The notes below the pieces were generated by a model. The model was given only the letters and a program-made list of their open reading frames with translations. It ran no database searches and was not told where the DNA came from. Below, piece by piece: positions 9,876 through 23,360 of a stretch of DNA of 64,000 bases. Both the position numbers and the translations under genes were made by a program. The stretch comes from Mobula hypostoma (taxonomy: Eukaryota): NCBI RefSeq assembly GCF_963921235.1, contig NC_086097.1, positions 199,146,001 to 199,210,000 on the forward strand, given 5' to 3'. The stretch's first letter is position 1. Every line of letters starts with the position of its first letter.

Positions 9876-12800
9876 AGAATCATCCACTGGGGGAGTGGAG
9901 CCCCCAGTCTGTGTGGCTTGCCTGGGTGGCCGGCCTTGCCGGCGTGGTGCGGGTATCCTCACTGGTTGCTCAACGTCCAAGTGTGCCGGTTTGAGGCGGT
10001 CCACTGTAAAAGTCTCTTCCCGGCCACCCACCTCCACGGCACACATGGTTCCATTGTGCCGGATCACCTTGAAGGGTCCCTCGTACGGCCGCTGTAGAGG
10101 TGACCTGTGCATGCCCCTGCGAATAAAAACATACTCACAGTCTTGGAGGTCTTTATGAGTGAAGGATGGTGTGGGACCATGCCTGGAGGTCGGGACCGGT
10201 GCCAGGGTCCCTACCTTGTCCCGCAGCCTCGTTAGCACCACTGCTGGAGTTTCTTCCGAACCTCGGGCCTCTGGTACGAACTCGCCTGGGACCGTCAGGG
10301 GATCGCCGTAGACCAATTCCGCCGAGGTGGTGTCCAAGTCCTCCTTGGGGGCTGTGCGGATGCCCAGTAGGACCCGGGGAAGCTCATCTGTCCAGTTGGG
10401 GCCCCTGAGGCGAGCCATCAGGGCTGACTTGAGATGCCGGTGGAATCGCTCAACCAAACCGTACACTGTGGTGTGATGCAGCTGGGTGCCCAGGAGCTGC
10501 GCCAGTGCTGTCCACAAACCAGACGAGAACTGCGCCCCTCTGTCGGAGGTGATGTCCATTGGGAGGCCGAACCTGGCGATCCAGTTTGCAATGAGCATCC
10601 TGGCGCAGGACTCAGTGGATGTGTCTGCGAGCGGTACGGCTTCCGGCCATCTGGTGAACCTGTCTACCATGGTAAAGATTTACCTGGCAGGGGGCCGACG
10701 GTGTCCACGTGGATGTGTTGGAACCTCCTGTGCGTCGGCTGGAACTGCTGGAGGGGAGCCTTCACGTGCCGCTGGACGTTGGCGGTCTGGCAGTGTACGC
10801 GGGTCCTGGCCCAGTGTCCGACCTGTCTGCGCAAACCATGCCAGACGAATCTGTCCACTACCAGCTTGATGGACACCAGGATGGACGGGTGGGCCAGGTC
10901 ATGCAGCGTGTCAAACACCTGGCGCCTCCATGCAGCTGGTACCACGGGTCGGGGTTTGCCAGTTGACATGTCGCACAGGAGTCGACCCGCTGCCGGGCTG
11001 ATGGGGACGTCCTCCAACTGGAGCCTCGAAACGGCGCTGCGGTAAGCCAGGATCTTGGTGTCCGACCGTTGTGCTTCCGTCAGTGCTGCGTAGTCTATTC
11101 CTGAGAACGATATGCCTACTTAGTGGAGGCAGGGGCGAGACAGTGTGTTGGCGATGACGTTGTTCTTCCCTGCAATGTTGCGGACGTCCGTGGTGAATTC
11201 TGAAATAAAGGACAGGTGCCTCTGCTGCTGAGCCAACCATGGGTCCGATACCTTGGCCAGTGCGAAGGTGAGGGGCTTGTGGTCCATATACACGGTGAAC
11301 TCCCTTCCCTCGAGGAAGTACCGGAAATGCCGGACAGCCAGGTAGAGCGCTAGCAACTCTCTGTCGAAAGCGCTGTACTTCACCTCTGGTGGCCGTAGGT
11401 GCCGGCTGAAGAAACCGAGTGGTTGCCACTGGTCCTCAACGAGCTGCTCCAGGACTCCACTGACTGCCGTGTCGGAAGTGTTGACTGTGAGTGCCGTGGG
11501 TATATCGACTCTCAGGTGCACTAGGAGAGTCGCCTTTGCCAGCACCTCCTTGGCTTGTTCGAATGCCTCCGTGGACTCCGTGTCCCGTGCCACTTCTTTG
11601 GCCTTGCCGGCCATCAGGCTGAACAAGGGTCTCATGATGCATGTCACCGCTGCACGAACTGATGATAAAAGTTGACCATCCCTACGAACTCCTGCAGGCC
11701 CTTGACCGTGCTGGGCTTGGGGAACCGGCGGATGGCCTGGACCTTGTCCGGTAGGGGAACTGCGCCATGTCGGTTGACTCTGTGGCCCAAGAAGTCGATC
11801 TCCGTCAGCCCGAACTGGCACTTTGCTGGATTGATTGCCAGTCCGTGGTCGCTCAGGCATTGGCAGAGCTGGCGCAAATGTGCCATGTGCTCTTGATGCG
11901 AACTGCTGGCCACCAGGATATCATCCAAGTAAATGAAAACAAAATCCAGGCCTCGTTCCACCAAGTCCATGAGCCTTTGGAAAGTTTGGGCTGCACTCTT
12001 GAGACCGAAAGGCATCCTCAGGAATTCGAACAAGCCGAACGGGGTGATGAGGGCTGTCTTGGGCACGTCGTCGGGGTGCACTGGGATCTGATGGTATTCC
12101 CTGACCAGGTCGATTTTCAAGAAGATGGTCGCTCCGTGCAGGTTCGCCGTGAAGTCCTGGATGTGGGGTACCGGGTATCTTTCGGCGGTTGTGGCGTCTT
12201 TGAGCCTTCTGTAGTCTCCGCAGGGCCTCCATCCTCCTGCGGACTTGGGCACCATGTGGAGCGGGGATGCCCGCAGGCTGTCTGAGCAGCGTACGCTTCC
12301 CATCTCTTCCATCTTACGGAACTCCTCCTTGGCGAGGTGGAGCTTGTCGGGTGGGAGCCTGCGAGCTCGGGCATGCAGCGGCGGTCCTTGCGTGGGGATG
12401 TGGTGCTGCACACTATGCTTGGGGTCGGCCATGGAGAAATGCGGGGTGACTATGGAGGGAAATTCTGCCAATACCCTGGCGAATTCGTTACCCGAGAGGG
12501 TCACGGAATCCAGGTGGAGAGCTGGTGGTTTGGCTTCTCCGAGCTGGAAAGTCTGGAACATCTCGGCGTGGACCAAACGCCGGGCTTTTAGGTCAACCAG
12601 GAAGCAGTTGGCTTGTAGGAAATCTGCCCCTAGTAGTGGATGTGACACCGCTGCCAACGTGAAAGTCCAAGTGAAACGACTGGACCCAAAATGCAGTGAG
12701 ATAGTTCGCGGGCCGTACGTCCGAATACTGGTACCATTTGCACATGGTGGACGGCAGCGACGCGCACCTCAGCCCCATCTTTGGTGATAGAAACACCATT

Positions 12801-13383
12801 GTTCCGAACTTTGGGTCTCAACGGCTTCGGTTGCTGGGTCTGGGCTTTGGGGCGCGCGATCGTGACTAGGCCAATGGAGGCTGCTCCACGTTGTTTGCTC
12901 TGCTGAAGGACGTCTGCTTTAGCTGCGACCCTGCATGGGTCACTGAAATCCTCACTCGCGAGGAGGAGGTGAATGTCCTCTGGCATTTGCTCGAGGAACA
13001 ACTGTTCAAATAAAAGGCACGGCTTACGGCCGTCCATGAGCGCCAGCATATCATTCATGAGCTCGGATGGCGTGCGGTCGCCCAGGCCGTCCATGTGTAG
13101 GAGCCGCGTGGCCCGTTCGCGGCGGAAGAGTCTGAAGTACGGATCAGGAGTGCCTTTAGCTTAGTGTACCTGTTCTCCATTGGTGGCTGGTGTAGGAAGT
13201 CGATGATCCGCCCTGTCGTCTCCTGGTCGAGCGTGCTGACATTTAGTAGTACCGCGTGGCGTCGGCTGTAATGTCTCTGATATTGAACTGGGCCTCAGCC
13301 TGCTCAAACCAAACGTGGGGCTGAGTGGCCCAGAAATTCGGGAGCTTCAGAGAGACCACGCTGTGCGAGTTGCTCAAACTCAT
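9876..13383 (-). pseudogene. gag-pol pseudogene (Gag, partial protease, RT, RNase H, integrase)
   Basis: Gag MSLSNSHSVVSLKLPNFWATQPHVWFEQAEAQF and CHCC knuckle WCFYHQRWG*GARRCRPPC. RT MPFGLK...YLDD. RNase H YSAFDRELLA...DHKPL. Integrase HIHVDTVGPLP, ITSDRGAQF, VERFHR. Several frameshifts and stops. Confidence 0.92.
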
Positions 13384-13422
13384 GGCTGGTCGCTGAGTCG
13401 CCGGCTCCAGATGCCGTCTGGA

Positions 13423-13437
13423 ACGTCGGGGTCACCA
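13423..13437 (-). promoter_or_regulatory. Primer binding site complementary to the tRNA-Trp 3' end
   Basis: Minus strand TGGTGACCCCGACGT, 1 nt after the 5' LTR. Complements the vertebrate tRNA-Trp end ACGUCGGGGUCACCA. Confidence 0.88.
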
Positions 13438-13438
13438 G

Positions 13439-13662
13439 TGTAGTCATGCGCAAACACGCTACTAAAGAAACACACGGAGGCAGAGAGAGCTGAACTCAGA
13501 ATGCCTTCACTGATTCAAAATCGCGCACTTAAATCTCCCCTCCCATGGGGCGGACGTGACATCAGACTGTCCCCAGAAGGTCCGCTCCGAGCGGGTAGTT
13601 CCAAATGCACTACTGCGTGTCTCCCCACGGCGGTTCGAGTCCCACGTGGGCAGGCCGCCACA
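13439..13662 (-). repeat. 5' LTR of the Gypsy element
   Basis: Direct repeat of 9614-9865 but 28 nt shorter. Adjacent to the PBS. Confidence 0.95.
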
Positions 13663-15599
13663 CCCAGTTGGTTTAAAGTCTTATTTCAATGTAAAACTGG
13701 GAGGTCATGCAGTATATATTTATGAATGGGATAGCCTCTTCTGTTCGAGCTTATGAATTGAAGAACATAAGAAGAAAAAGCAGTAACAGGCTTTTTGGCC
13801 TCTTAAGCTTTTCTATCATTCAATAAGATTAAGATCTTTTACTTAAGTGCCACTTTCTTGTGCTATTTATCCTTTGATTCCCTTAATGTACAAAAATCTA
13901 CCAATCTTTGTGCTGGGAGGTCAGCTTACTGAAGAATTTCAGAGGTGGATTCTGAGCAATTGTACTCCTACTGCCTATCATTTTCTCCCTGTGAATGTCT
14001 CTGATACATAGCTAATAGTTCATTTAACGTCTCCTGTGTAAGAAAGCTCATTTTGCTTGACTTTTGGTTCCTGGGCGCACTTGTGAAGAGAGTATGTGGA
14101 GCTTTATACTGTAAATGAAAACCAATATGATATTCTTGATGGCAGAACAGGACAGAAGCAGATATTCTGTCTTAACACAGGATGCCGAAAAAAGCAGATG
14201 CACTAAAATTGCTGTTTTATCTTTGGGACTGACCTTGAAGTGGGACTTCATCAGCAAATAAATGCTAGTCCCGACCAGTCTGTAAAATGAGTTTGAATTT
14301 ACACTTGGGAGATTCACAGCCCCAAAGCTGTGCACTTCTCTGCTGTGTTAACATTAACAGTTAAAACTATCATGAGCTCAGCAACAATTAAGTCATTTGA
14401 GAGATGGGAAACTGACATAATCCTAGATAAATTACCATTAATATTAATGTTAAAGATGAAAAACATTCTCCAGTGGACAAGAAATGCTTTTAATTGGATG
14501 AATGCTAAAATTTATATATCTTAAAGATAGAATTTAAGATAGCAAAAACCAAAATGTATCCTTTTATGTCATAGTCTTGGGCATCAATCTCTAATACCAT
14601 CAAAATAGCCTTCTATATTAAAGCTTGTGTTAATTTTTGAAGTGGAGCCTTATTATTTTGTAATTGTGTCACCATGAAAAATTCTGAGGTGCTTGTACTT
14701 GATAAAATTGTCAAAAATCAATACAACTGATAGATAAATGCTTGACACCTGTTAATTCAAATAATGTCTCTGCAGCAAGGATTGAGAAAATCGAGCCAGA
14801 TGTCTCATAATTAAAAGTGACTGGAAAAACTATAGACCTGTGGGGGCAGTGGCACCTGGAGGATTCACAAGAGGTTTAATTTCATCCAGACATTCATAAT
14901 GCAACAATAACTGTGGAATTCTAGTCAACTGCTGGAGATTTCACACTCGATTTCTGATGCTCAGCTGTTGCTTGATAATGAGGTGTTATTCCTGTTTTTC
15001 TTTATATCACCCTCGCATGCCAAGTTGAAAGATGATGATTTGAAGCTGGTGCACAGTTCTTATTGCAAATCATAAATGGTGAATTCAAGCACTAATTCAA
15101 AAATATCGCAATTTTCATTTGAGCCTGAGTTAACCTGACCTGACATTTGATCTAGTTCAAAGTGTGATGCTGTGAAATATTCTTCACCGAGACAGCACTA
15201 ATTGATCTATTTATGAACTACAGCAATATAGCATGTCTGGATGTGAATCTGGTGGATCCAGCACAATTTCTCTCATTCTTTCCAGATTTGAACTAGGTCA
15301 ACTTCATGAGGTATTGCCCTTCTACAGTTGTCACCAGCTGCACATGTTGCTTAGTTACCCAGTATTAAAAACGGATTCATATATTGTACTTTTTTTAGAT
15401 TAACAGTTGCAATACCCCTGAAGCATTAGCTGTCAAACTAAGTGACATCTATACAAAGACTGTGTACAGCAATAACTTCTAATGCTTGTCAGAATTGTAA
15501 ATTGAAGCACCATCTTTTCAATAGAAGCAAAAGGCCAACATGCTGCTTCCAGATTGTATTAGTTAAGTCATTGATAGAGGTCTTAACATGGTGATAATC

Positions 15600-15810
15600 A
15601 TTTTGGACCCTTTGTTTAAGAGATGCTGTGCTGACTTTAGAGAGGGATCCAAAGAGGTTCATGAGAATGATCCCAGGAATGAAAGGATTGACATATGAGG
15701 AGCGTTTGATGGCTCTGGGCCTGTACTCACCAGAGTTTAAAAAAATGAGGGGGGATGTCATCGAAACCTATCGAATATTGATAAGCCTGGATAGAGTGGA
15801 TGGGGAGGGA
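15600..15810 (+). mobile_element. CR1 ORF2 3' fragment, followed by a minus-strand Penelope piece to ~15910
   Basis: RFMRMIPGMKGLTYEERLMALGLYSPEFKKMRGDVIETY. Confidence 0.8.
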
Positions 15811-16399
15811 TGAATGGAGAAGGGAGTTACATAGGGAGCAATCCCTACGGAAAGCAGAGTGGGGGGGAGAAAAAGGTGTGCTTGGGGGTGGAATCCCTCT
15901 GGAGATCACATGACCTTTGGTATTATGGAATATGAATATAAAAAATAACCTGAGTTTTGGGTGTGACTATTACTAGTTCAAACTAGCCGACATTGCCTGT
16001 AGTCCTGATTCTGTTTCCAAAAAGGAAAGTGGGTGTTGTGGTTGCAGCAGATAACAGTATTCATTATGGACATGATTGCAGCTTGCTAAAAGACTTATGA
16101 TGTAACATAGGTGACAGCAAGCACTGCACTATTGAATAATGTGTTGGAATACTTGGAGATAAGGAAAAGGTGATTAGTAACTGGAGGGAACTAACACTGA
16201 AGCATAAACTATCCTTAAGGGCAGCATACCATTTGCTGGAGGAGCTTAGCGGGTTGAGCAGTATCTGTGGGAGGCAAGCAATTGTCAATATTTTGGGTCA
16301 AAACTTTGAACAGGACTCCAGATGCGTTGTTCCGGATTCCACCATCTGAAGTCTCTTGTGTCTCCAAAATCGTTAAGGCACTTGCAGGACAGGTATAGT

Positions 16400-18930
16400 C
16401 AAAGTCAACAGAAATTTATTATCAAAGTACATATATGTTACCATATACTACCTTCAGATTCAGTCCCTTGCAGGCACTTACAGGAAAATAAAGAACTACA
16501 ATAGAATTTATGAAAAGCTATACATAAATAAACTTTGTTTAACTTTGAAGGTATGAGACGTGAATTAGCTAAGACAGAATGGCAAATGATACTTAAAGGG
16601 TTGACGGTGGATATGCAATGGCAAGCATTTAAAGATCACATGGATGAACTACAACAATTGTTCATCCCAGTTTGGCAAAAGAATAAACCAGGGAAGGTAG
16701 TGCACCCGTGGCTGACAAGGGAAATTAGGGATAGTATCAATTCCAAAGAAGAAACATACAAATTAGCCAGAAAAAGCGGCACACCTGAGGACTGGGAGAA
16801 ATTCAGAGTCCAGCAGAGGAGGACAAAGGGCTTAACTAGGAAAGGAAAAAAAGATTATGAGAGAAAGCTGGCAGGGAACATAAAAACTGACTGTAAAAGC
16901 TTTTATAGATATGTGAAAAGAAAAAGATTGGTTGAGACAAATGTAGGTCCCTTACAGTCAGAAACAGGTGAATTGATCATGGGGAACAAGGACATGGCAG
17001 ACCAATTGAATAACTACTTTGGTTCTGTCTTCACTAAGGAGGACATAAATAATCTTCCAGAAATAGTAGGGGACCGAGGGTCTAGTGAGATGGAGGAACT
17101 GAGGGAAATACATGTTAGTAGGGAAGTGGTGTTAGGTAAATTGAAAGGATTAAAGGCAGATAAATCCCCAGGGCCAGATGGTCTGCATCCCAGAGTGCTT
17201 AAGGAAGTAGGCCAAGAAATAGTGGATGCATTAGTGATAATTTTTCAAAACTCGTTAGATTCTGGACTAGTTCCTGAGGATTGGAGGGTGGCTAATGTAA
17301 CCCCACTTTTTAAAAAAGGAGGGAGAGAGAAACCAGGGAGTTATAGACCGGTTAGCCTGACATCGGTGTGGAGAAAATGCTGGAGTCAGTTATCAAAGAT
17401 GTGATATCAGCACATTTGGAAAGCGGTGAAATCATCGGACAAAGTCAGCATGGATTTGTGAAAGGAAAATCATGTCTGACGAATCTTATATAATTTTTTG
17501 AGGATGTAACTAGTAGAATGGATAGGGGAAAACCAGTGGATGTGGTATATTTGGATTTTCAAAAGACTTTTGACAAGGTCCCACACAGGAGATTATTGTG
17601 CAAACTTAAAGCACACGGTATTGGGGGTAAGGTATTGATGTGGATAGAGAATTGGTGACATACAGGAAGCAAAGAGTGAGAATTAACGGGACCTTTTCAG
17701 AATGGCAGGCAGTGACTAGTGGGGTGCCACAAGGCTCAGTGCTGGGACCCCAGCTGTTCACAATATATATTAATGATTTAGATGAGGGAATTAAATGCAG
17801 CATCTCCAAGTTTGCGGATGACACTAGGCTGGGCGGCAGTGTTAGCTGTGAGGAGGATGCTAAGAGGATGCAGGGTGACTTGGATAGGTTAGGTGAGTGG
17901 GCAAATTCATGGCAGATGCAATTTAATGTGGATAAATGTGAGGTTATCCAGTTTGGTGGCAAGAACAGGAAAACAGATTATTATCTGAATGGTGGCCGAT
18001 TAGGAAAACGGGAGGTGCAGCGAGACCTGGGTGTCATTGTACACTAGTCATTGAAAGTGGGCATGCAGGTACAGCAGGCGGTGAAAAAGGCGAATGGTAT
18101 GTTGGCATTCATAGCAAGAGGATTCGAGTACAGGTGCAGAGAGGTTCTACTACAGTTGTACAAGGCCTTGGTGAGACCACACCTGGAGTATTGTGTGCAG
18201 TTTTGGTCCCCTAATCTGAGGAAAGACATTCTTGCCATAGAGGGAGTACAAAGAAGGTTCACCAGATTGATTCCTGGGATGGCAGGACTTTCATATGAAG
18301 AAAGACTGGATCGACTAGGCTTATACTCGCTGGAATTTAGAAGATTGAGGGGGGATCTGATTGAAACGTATAAAATCCTAAAGGGATTGGACAGGCTAGA
18401 TGCAGGAAGATTGTTCCCGATGTTGGGGAAGTCCAGAACGAGGGGTCACAGTTTAAGGATAAAGGGGAAGCCTTTTAGGACCGAGATGAGGAAAAACTTC
18501 TTCACACAGAGAGTGATGAATCTGTGGAATTCTCTGCCACAGGAAAGAGTTGAGGCCAGTTCATTGGCTATATTTAAGAGGGAGTTAGATATGGCCCTTG
18601 TGACTAAAGGGATCAGGGGGTATGGAGAGAAGGCAAGTACAGGGTTCTGAGTTGGATGATCAGCCATAATCATACTGAATGGCGGTGCAGGCTCGAAGGG
18701 CCGAATGGCCTACTCCTGCACCTATTTTCTATGTTTCTATGTTTCTAAAGACTTACAAACATTCAAGGTGCAAGGAAGGCAAAATGGGCAAATATAATAA
18801 TAAATAATACTGAGAACATGAGTGTTAGAGTCCTTGAAAGTGAGTCTGTAGGTTTTGGAATCAGGTTAGAGTAGTGGTGAGTGAAGTTATCCACACGGTT
18901 CAGGAGCCCGATTGTTGTAAGGTAATAACA
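16400..18930 (-). mobile_element. Rex1/Babar-like LINE 3' tail split by the CR1 insertion (pieces ~16400-16532 and ~18747-18930)
   Basis: tttattatcaaagtacatatatg motif is shared with 19820-19850. gttcaggagcc(c/t)gat...ataac motif is shared with 21745-21780. Confidence 0.55.
16537..18746 (+). mobile_element. CR1 LINE, young, 5'-truncated, ORF2 frameshifted
   Basis: ORF pieces 16535-17404, 17640-18047 and 18051-18650 (PGPDG, GVPQGSVLGP, FADD). (TTCTATGT)n tail. Highly similar to 36536-38717. Confidence 0.95.
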
Positions 18931-19301
18931 CAGTTACAGTCATTGAGTCATAAAACGCAACAGCACAGAAAAAAGCTATTTGGCCCATCTAGACAGGCCA
19001 AACCATTAACCTGCCTAGTTCTATCAATTGCACCCAAATTATACCCCTCCCATTCATGTAGCCTTCCAAACTTCTCTTAAATGTTGGTATCAAGCCCATA
19101 TCCACCACTTTCACTGGCAGCTTTTTCCACATTCTCACCTGAGTGAAGATGTTCTCCCTCGTGTTCCTCTTAAACATTTAATCTTTCACCCTTAACCCAT
19201 GACATCTAGTTCTAGTCTCACCAAACCCCAGTGCTGCTCCCATTTACCCCATCTATACTCCTCCTGATTTTGTTTACCTCTATCAAATCTCCCCTCATTC
19301 T

Positions 19302-19536
19302 TGTTATGTTTTGTAACTCCAGAATCTCGAATTGAAAGAGAAACATAGAAGCCAGGATACTTGTTTACTTACTTTTATTTCCTTATGTTTTAATGAGGCA
19401 CTTAAATATGACCTGCTGGTGTAATGACACATGCTATTCACATATTCTTAAATATAGCCCACAAAAATTATGTAAACAGAGAACGCTAAATCAAACAATA
19501 TACTTAAAGTATCACTGAAATATTAAATACACTACA
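19302..19536 (-). mobile_element. Solo LTR (235 bp)
   Basis: TGTTATG...ACTACA termini. 5-bp TSD ATTCT (19297-19301, 19537-19541). Strand inferred from a minus-strand AATAAA near 19375. Confidence 0.75.
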
Positions 19537-19807
19537 ATTCTTCTATGCTGTAGGGAATAAAATCCTAACCTATTCAACCTTTCTCTATCACTTAGGTCTT
19601 GAAGTCCTGGCAACATCCTTGTAAATAGTCTCTGCACTCTTTCAATCTTATTTGCACCTTTCCTGTGGATAGGTGACCAAAACTGCATACTATACTCCAA
19701 ATTAGGCCTCACCAATGTCTTATACAATTTCCACATAACATTGCAAATCCTTCACTCAATACCTCAATTTATGGTCAAAAGCTCTCTTTATGATCCTATC
19801 TACCAGT

Positions 19808-21010
19808 GTTCAAAGTTCAAAGTAAATTTAATTATCGAAGTACATATATGTCACAATTTACAATCCTGAAATTTGTTTTCTTGTGGACATACTCAATAAA
19901 TCTATAGAATAATAACCATAACAGAACCAATGAAAGACCATCCAACTTAAGGTGTTCAACCAGGTTCGAAGATGAATCCCTGAATACAGTCCTGTAGGCA
20001 CTCCTGTGCTTCCCTTGTCCTTAACTTCTTGGTCGTCACTACTGGTGCTGCAGTTTTCAGTCTCTGCCTATAAGCAGGGAGTAGCAGTATAGCCAGGTGA
20101 TCAGGCTTCCTGAAGTGAGGGCGTGGAATAGCACATTAGGGATTCTTGTTGGTGGTGTAGCGACGGTCCAGTGTGTTGATCCTCTAATATTGCAAGTGAT
20201 CTGTTGATGGTAATTGCTTAGTGAGTGTTTCAGATTGGCCTGGCTAAAATCTCCCAAAATAATGGTGAAGGTGTTAGGGTGCGGTGTTTTGTGCATGTTG
20301 ATCCCATTGCTCAGGTCATTTAAAGCCTGATTGACATTGGCCTGAGGTGGAATGTATACTGCTGCCAAAATGATCCCGGAGAACTCCTGCGGTAGGTCAA
20401 AAGGACGGCACTTAACTTCTAGATATTCCAGGTCTGGTGAGCAGAACTGGGACAGCACTGATATATTTGTGCATAAGAAAAGTTGATTAGGATGCATACT
20501 CCTCCACCTCTGCTTTTGAGAGACTCTATAGATCTATCCTGATGGTGTATAGTAAACCTATCACTCTGAATCGCTGCATCCGGTACGGAAGGGTTTAACT
20601 AGGATTCCGTGAAACAAAGGACACACGTGGTCCTAATGTCCCTTTGATTCAGCACCCTAGCTCTGAGATCATCGATTTTACTCACCAGAGACTGCCAGCA
20701 AGATAGTCGGTATTGGGAGTTTAAAGCCCCGTTTCCTTAAACGCACTTGTATCCTTAATCTGCAGCCACGCTTCCTCCATGGAATCCTACGAGGATGCAT
20801 CCGTCCACAATCAGTATTGTTTCCATCAGTTTTAAGCAGTGATAGTTTATTTAAACGCATTAAGACATCTTTGTTGACTGTGCTGACCTTGGAAGCAGTT
20901 GTGCTTTTTAGCTCTATCAGGCTGAAACAAGAATATTTAATCATATCCATTGAGAGTCCTGCTGCTACTCGAGTCGCCTTTAGGCACCCCGGAAGTAAAA
21001 GTAGTCATAC
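19808..21010 (-). mobile_element. Rex1/Babar-type LINE: AP-endonuclease region joined to a 3' tail
   Basis: FCSPDLEYLEVKCRPFDLPQEFSGIILAAVYIPP...ILGDFSQANL (APE domain). (TTTGAAC)-like tail at 19808-19825. No RT domain in between. Confidence 0.8.
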
Positions 21011-22649
21011 TTAGACCTCTTGTAACTCTCTTGGTCACCAGACTTGTATGTCTCTGAACTGGATCTCAGCACTTGCAAGGAATTAAGGATCTGTATTCCA
21101 AGGTCCCTCTGTTTTACAGCACTCCTCAGTGCCCTAGCGCGTACTGTGTATATCGCTCCCTGGTTTTTCCTCCCAAAGTCTAGCACCTCACATTTGTCTG
21201 CATAAAATTTCATCTGACATTTTTCAGTGCATTTTTCTACCTGGTCCAGATCCCTCTTCCTTGCTATCCACTAACCCCCCAATCTTGGTGTCATCTGCAA
21301 ATTTGCTGACCTAATTTATCACATCATTGTCCAGATCATTGATATAGGTGATACAACAGTGGTCCCAACACTGCTCCCTGTGGCATGCTTGTAGTCACAA
21401 ACCCCCAGTCAGAGAGGCAACCAGCTACTACCACTTTTACCCAATTTACTACCACATCTTGTATGCCAAGTGACTGAACCTTTTTGACCAACCTCCCATG
21501 CAGGACCCTGTCAAAGATCTTGCTAAAATCCATTGTAGACAACATCCACTGCCTTGTCGTCATCAACTTTCCTGGTAACTTCCTCAAAAAGACTCTATAA
21601 GATTGGTTAGATACAACCTACCACGCACAATACCATGTTGACTATCCCTAATCAGTCCCTGTCTAACCAAATACTTATATATCCTTCCTTAGAATACTTT
21701 ACAATAACCTACCCACTAGGTTGAGGAGGGTGAAGTTATCCGCATTAGTTCAGGAGCCTGATGGTTGAAGGATAACTGTTCCAGAACCTGGGTTTGATAT
21801 TTCTCCTGGCAGTGGAAGCTAGAACTGGAGTCACCAGCTCAGAAATGGGGTTGATCATTCAGGATAGAGATGAGGAGAAATTATTTCACTCAGTGCTGAA
21901 ACTTTGCAATTCACCTTTTGAAAGGGCAATGGAGGCCTCTGGCTCAGTTTAATCAAGATTAAGATTGACAGCTATTAAGGCATCAAGAATATGGTTTTGT
22001 GCAGAATAGAATAACTGAGGTAAAAGATCAGCCTGAATGTCACTGAGTGGCTCAGGTGACATAAAGAGTCAAATGGCTTTCTCTTGCTTCTAATTGCTAT
22101 GTGTTCTTAAGTGCTGCAGACAAGCATGTACACAAAAAAACGTTGAATGAGACACTAAGATAGTCAATGCCAAGATTCAAAGACTAAATGCCTAAATACG
22201 GTGCTGGAAGCACTTCATTTACCTCACTTCTGTTGTCATTGCCAATGAGTGCATGATGAAAGACCATATCCCACAAGCCCTACTTCACTCCCCTCACATT
22301 CAAATACCCACATGACACAGATCTAACAATACACATTGTCTGAAAACCTTCGCTTAACGTCAGAAAACAAAGAAGAATCCAGCACCAAACTGGCACAAGG
22401 CTTTGTGCAGAGCTTGAAGCTTTCTAGCTCTGGCGGGGAAGTGATGGGCAACTCAGTTCAATCAGCAGTCTTGCAGATACTGCCATCATTTAGTATCTCA
22501 TTTTCCATGCAAAGCAACAAAGATCTGATTCACCAGTGGCATTGCACTCCAGAACTAAGCGTGCCAACAGTGTATCACAGATGCCATCCCTCGGAGAAGC
22601 AGTGACTCCATGTATTGTGAATCTCCTCTCTCAGGACATCATCACTGGT

Positions 22650-23360
22650 ATTGCTAATAGTTTATTCTTTTCATATGCACCAAGATACAGTGAAAAGCTT
22701 GTCTTGCATACTATTTATACTCAACAAATCATTGCACAGTGCATTGAGCTCAAATAATGCAAAACAATAACAATGCAGAATAAAGAGTAAAGGCTATCAA
22801 AAAAGTGGAGTGCAGATACTCGATGAAGGTCATAATGAAGGAGATTGTGATGCCAAGAGCCATTATTGTCATATGAGATCCATTCAACAGTATGATAACA
22901 GTAGGATAGAAGCTCTCTTTGAGCTTTCAGGCTTTTGTATCTTCTGTTCAATGGGAGCGGGAAGAAGAGAGACTGTCCTGGGTGGACAGGGTATTTGATT
23001 TTGCTGGTTTCTTTACAGAGGCAGCAAGAAATATAGACAGAGTCCTTGGAGGGGAGACTGGTTTCTGTGCTGTGCTGAGTTGTGTCCACAACCTTCTGCA
23101 GTTTTTTATGGTCATGAGCAGGCCGATTAGTATATAAACTGTTATGAATCCAGAACAGAATGTGTTCTATGGGTCATCAATAAAAATTGGTAAGAGTTGA
23201 TGGGTTATACTAAAATTTCTTTAGGTTCCTGAGGAAGTAAAGGCATTGGTGAACTTCCTTGACCATGACATCAACGTGGTTGGACCACGGCAGGCTATTG
23301 GTGATAATCAAACCTAGGAACGTGATGCTCTTAACCTTAACACTATTGATGTTAATAGAA
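22650..23360 (-). mobile_element. Rex1/Babar-type LINE 3' portion
   Basis: FLGLIITNSLPWSNHVDVMVKEVHQCLYFLRNLKKF and HPGQSLFFPLPLNRRYKSLK. Confidence 0.8.

Larger units (their letters stand above)
9614..13662 (-). mobile_element. Gypsy/Ty3 LTR retrotransposon, CsRn1-like lineage, decayed
   Basis: Two TG...CA LTRs, tRNA-Trp PBS, G10 polypurine tract (9866-9875), and gag-PR-RT-RNaseH-IN order on the minus strand. Confidence 0.95.
18935..21718 (-). mobile_element. Older CR1 LINE, split by a solo LTR and a Rex1/Babar element
   Basis: LYKTLVRPNLEYSMQFWSP and MDFSKIFDRVLHGRL. Sequence at 19805 continues at ~21065 when compared with the young CR1 at 63460-63540. Confidence 0.85.

Noticed and set aside
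9676..12787. Many plus-strand and alternate-frame ORFs over the Gypsy element
   Set aside because: Shadow frames of GC-rich minus-strand pol sequence with no independent motifs.
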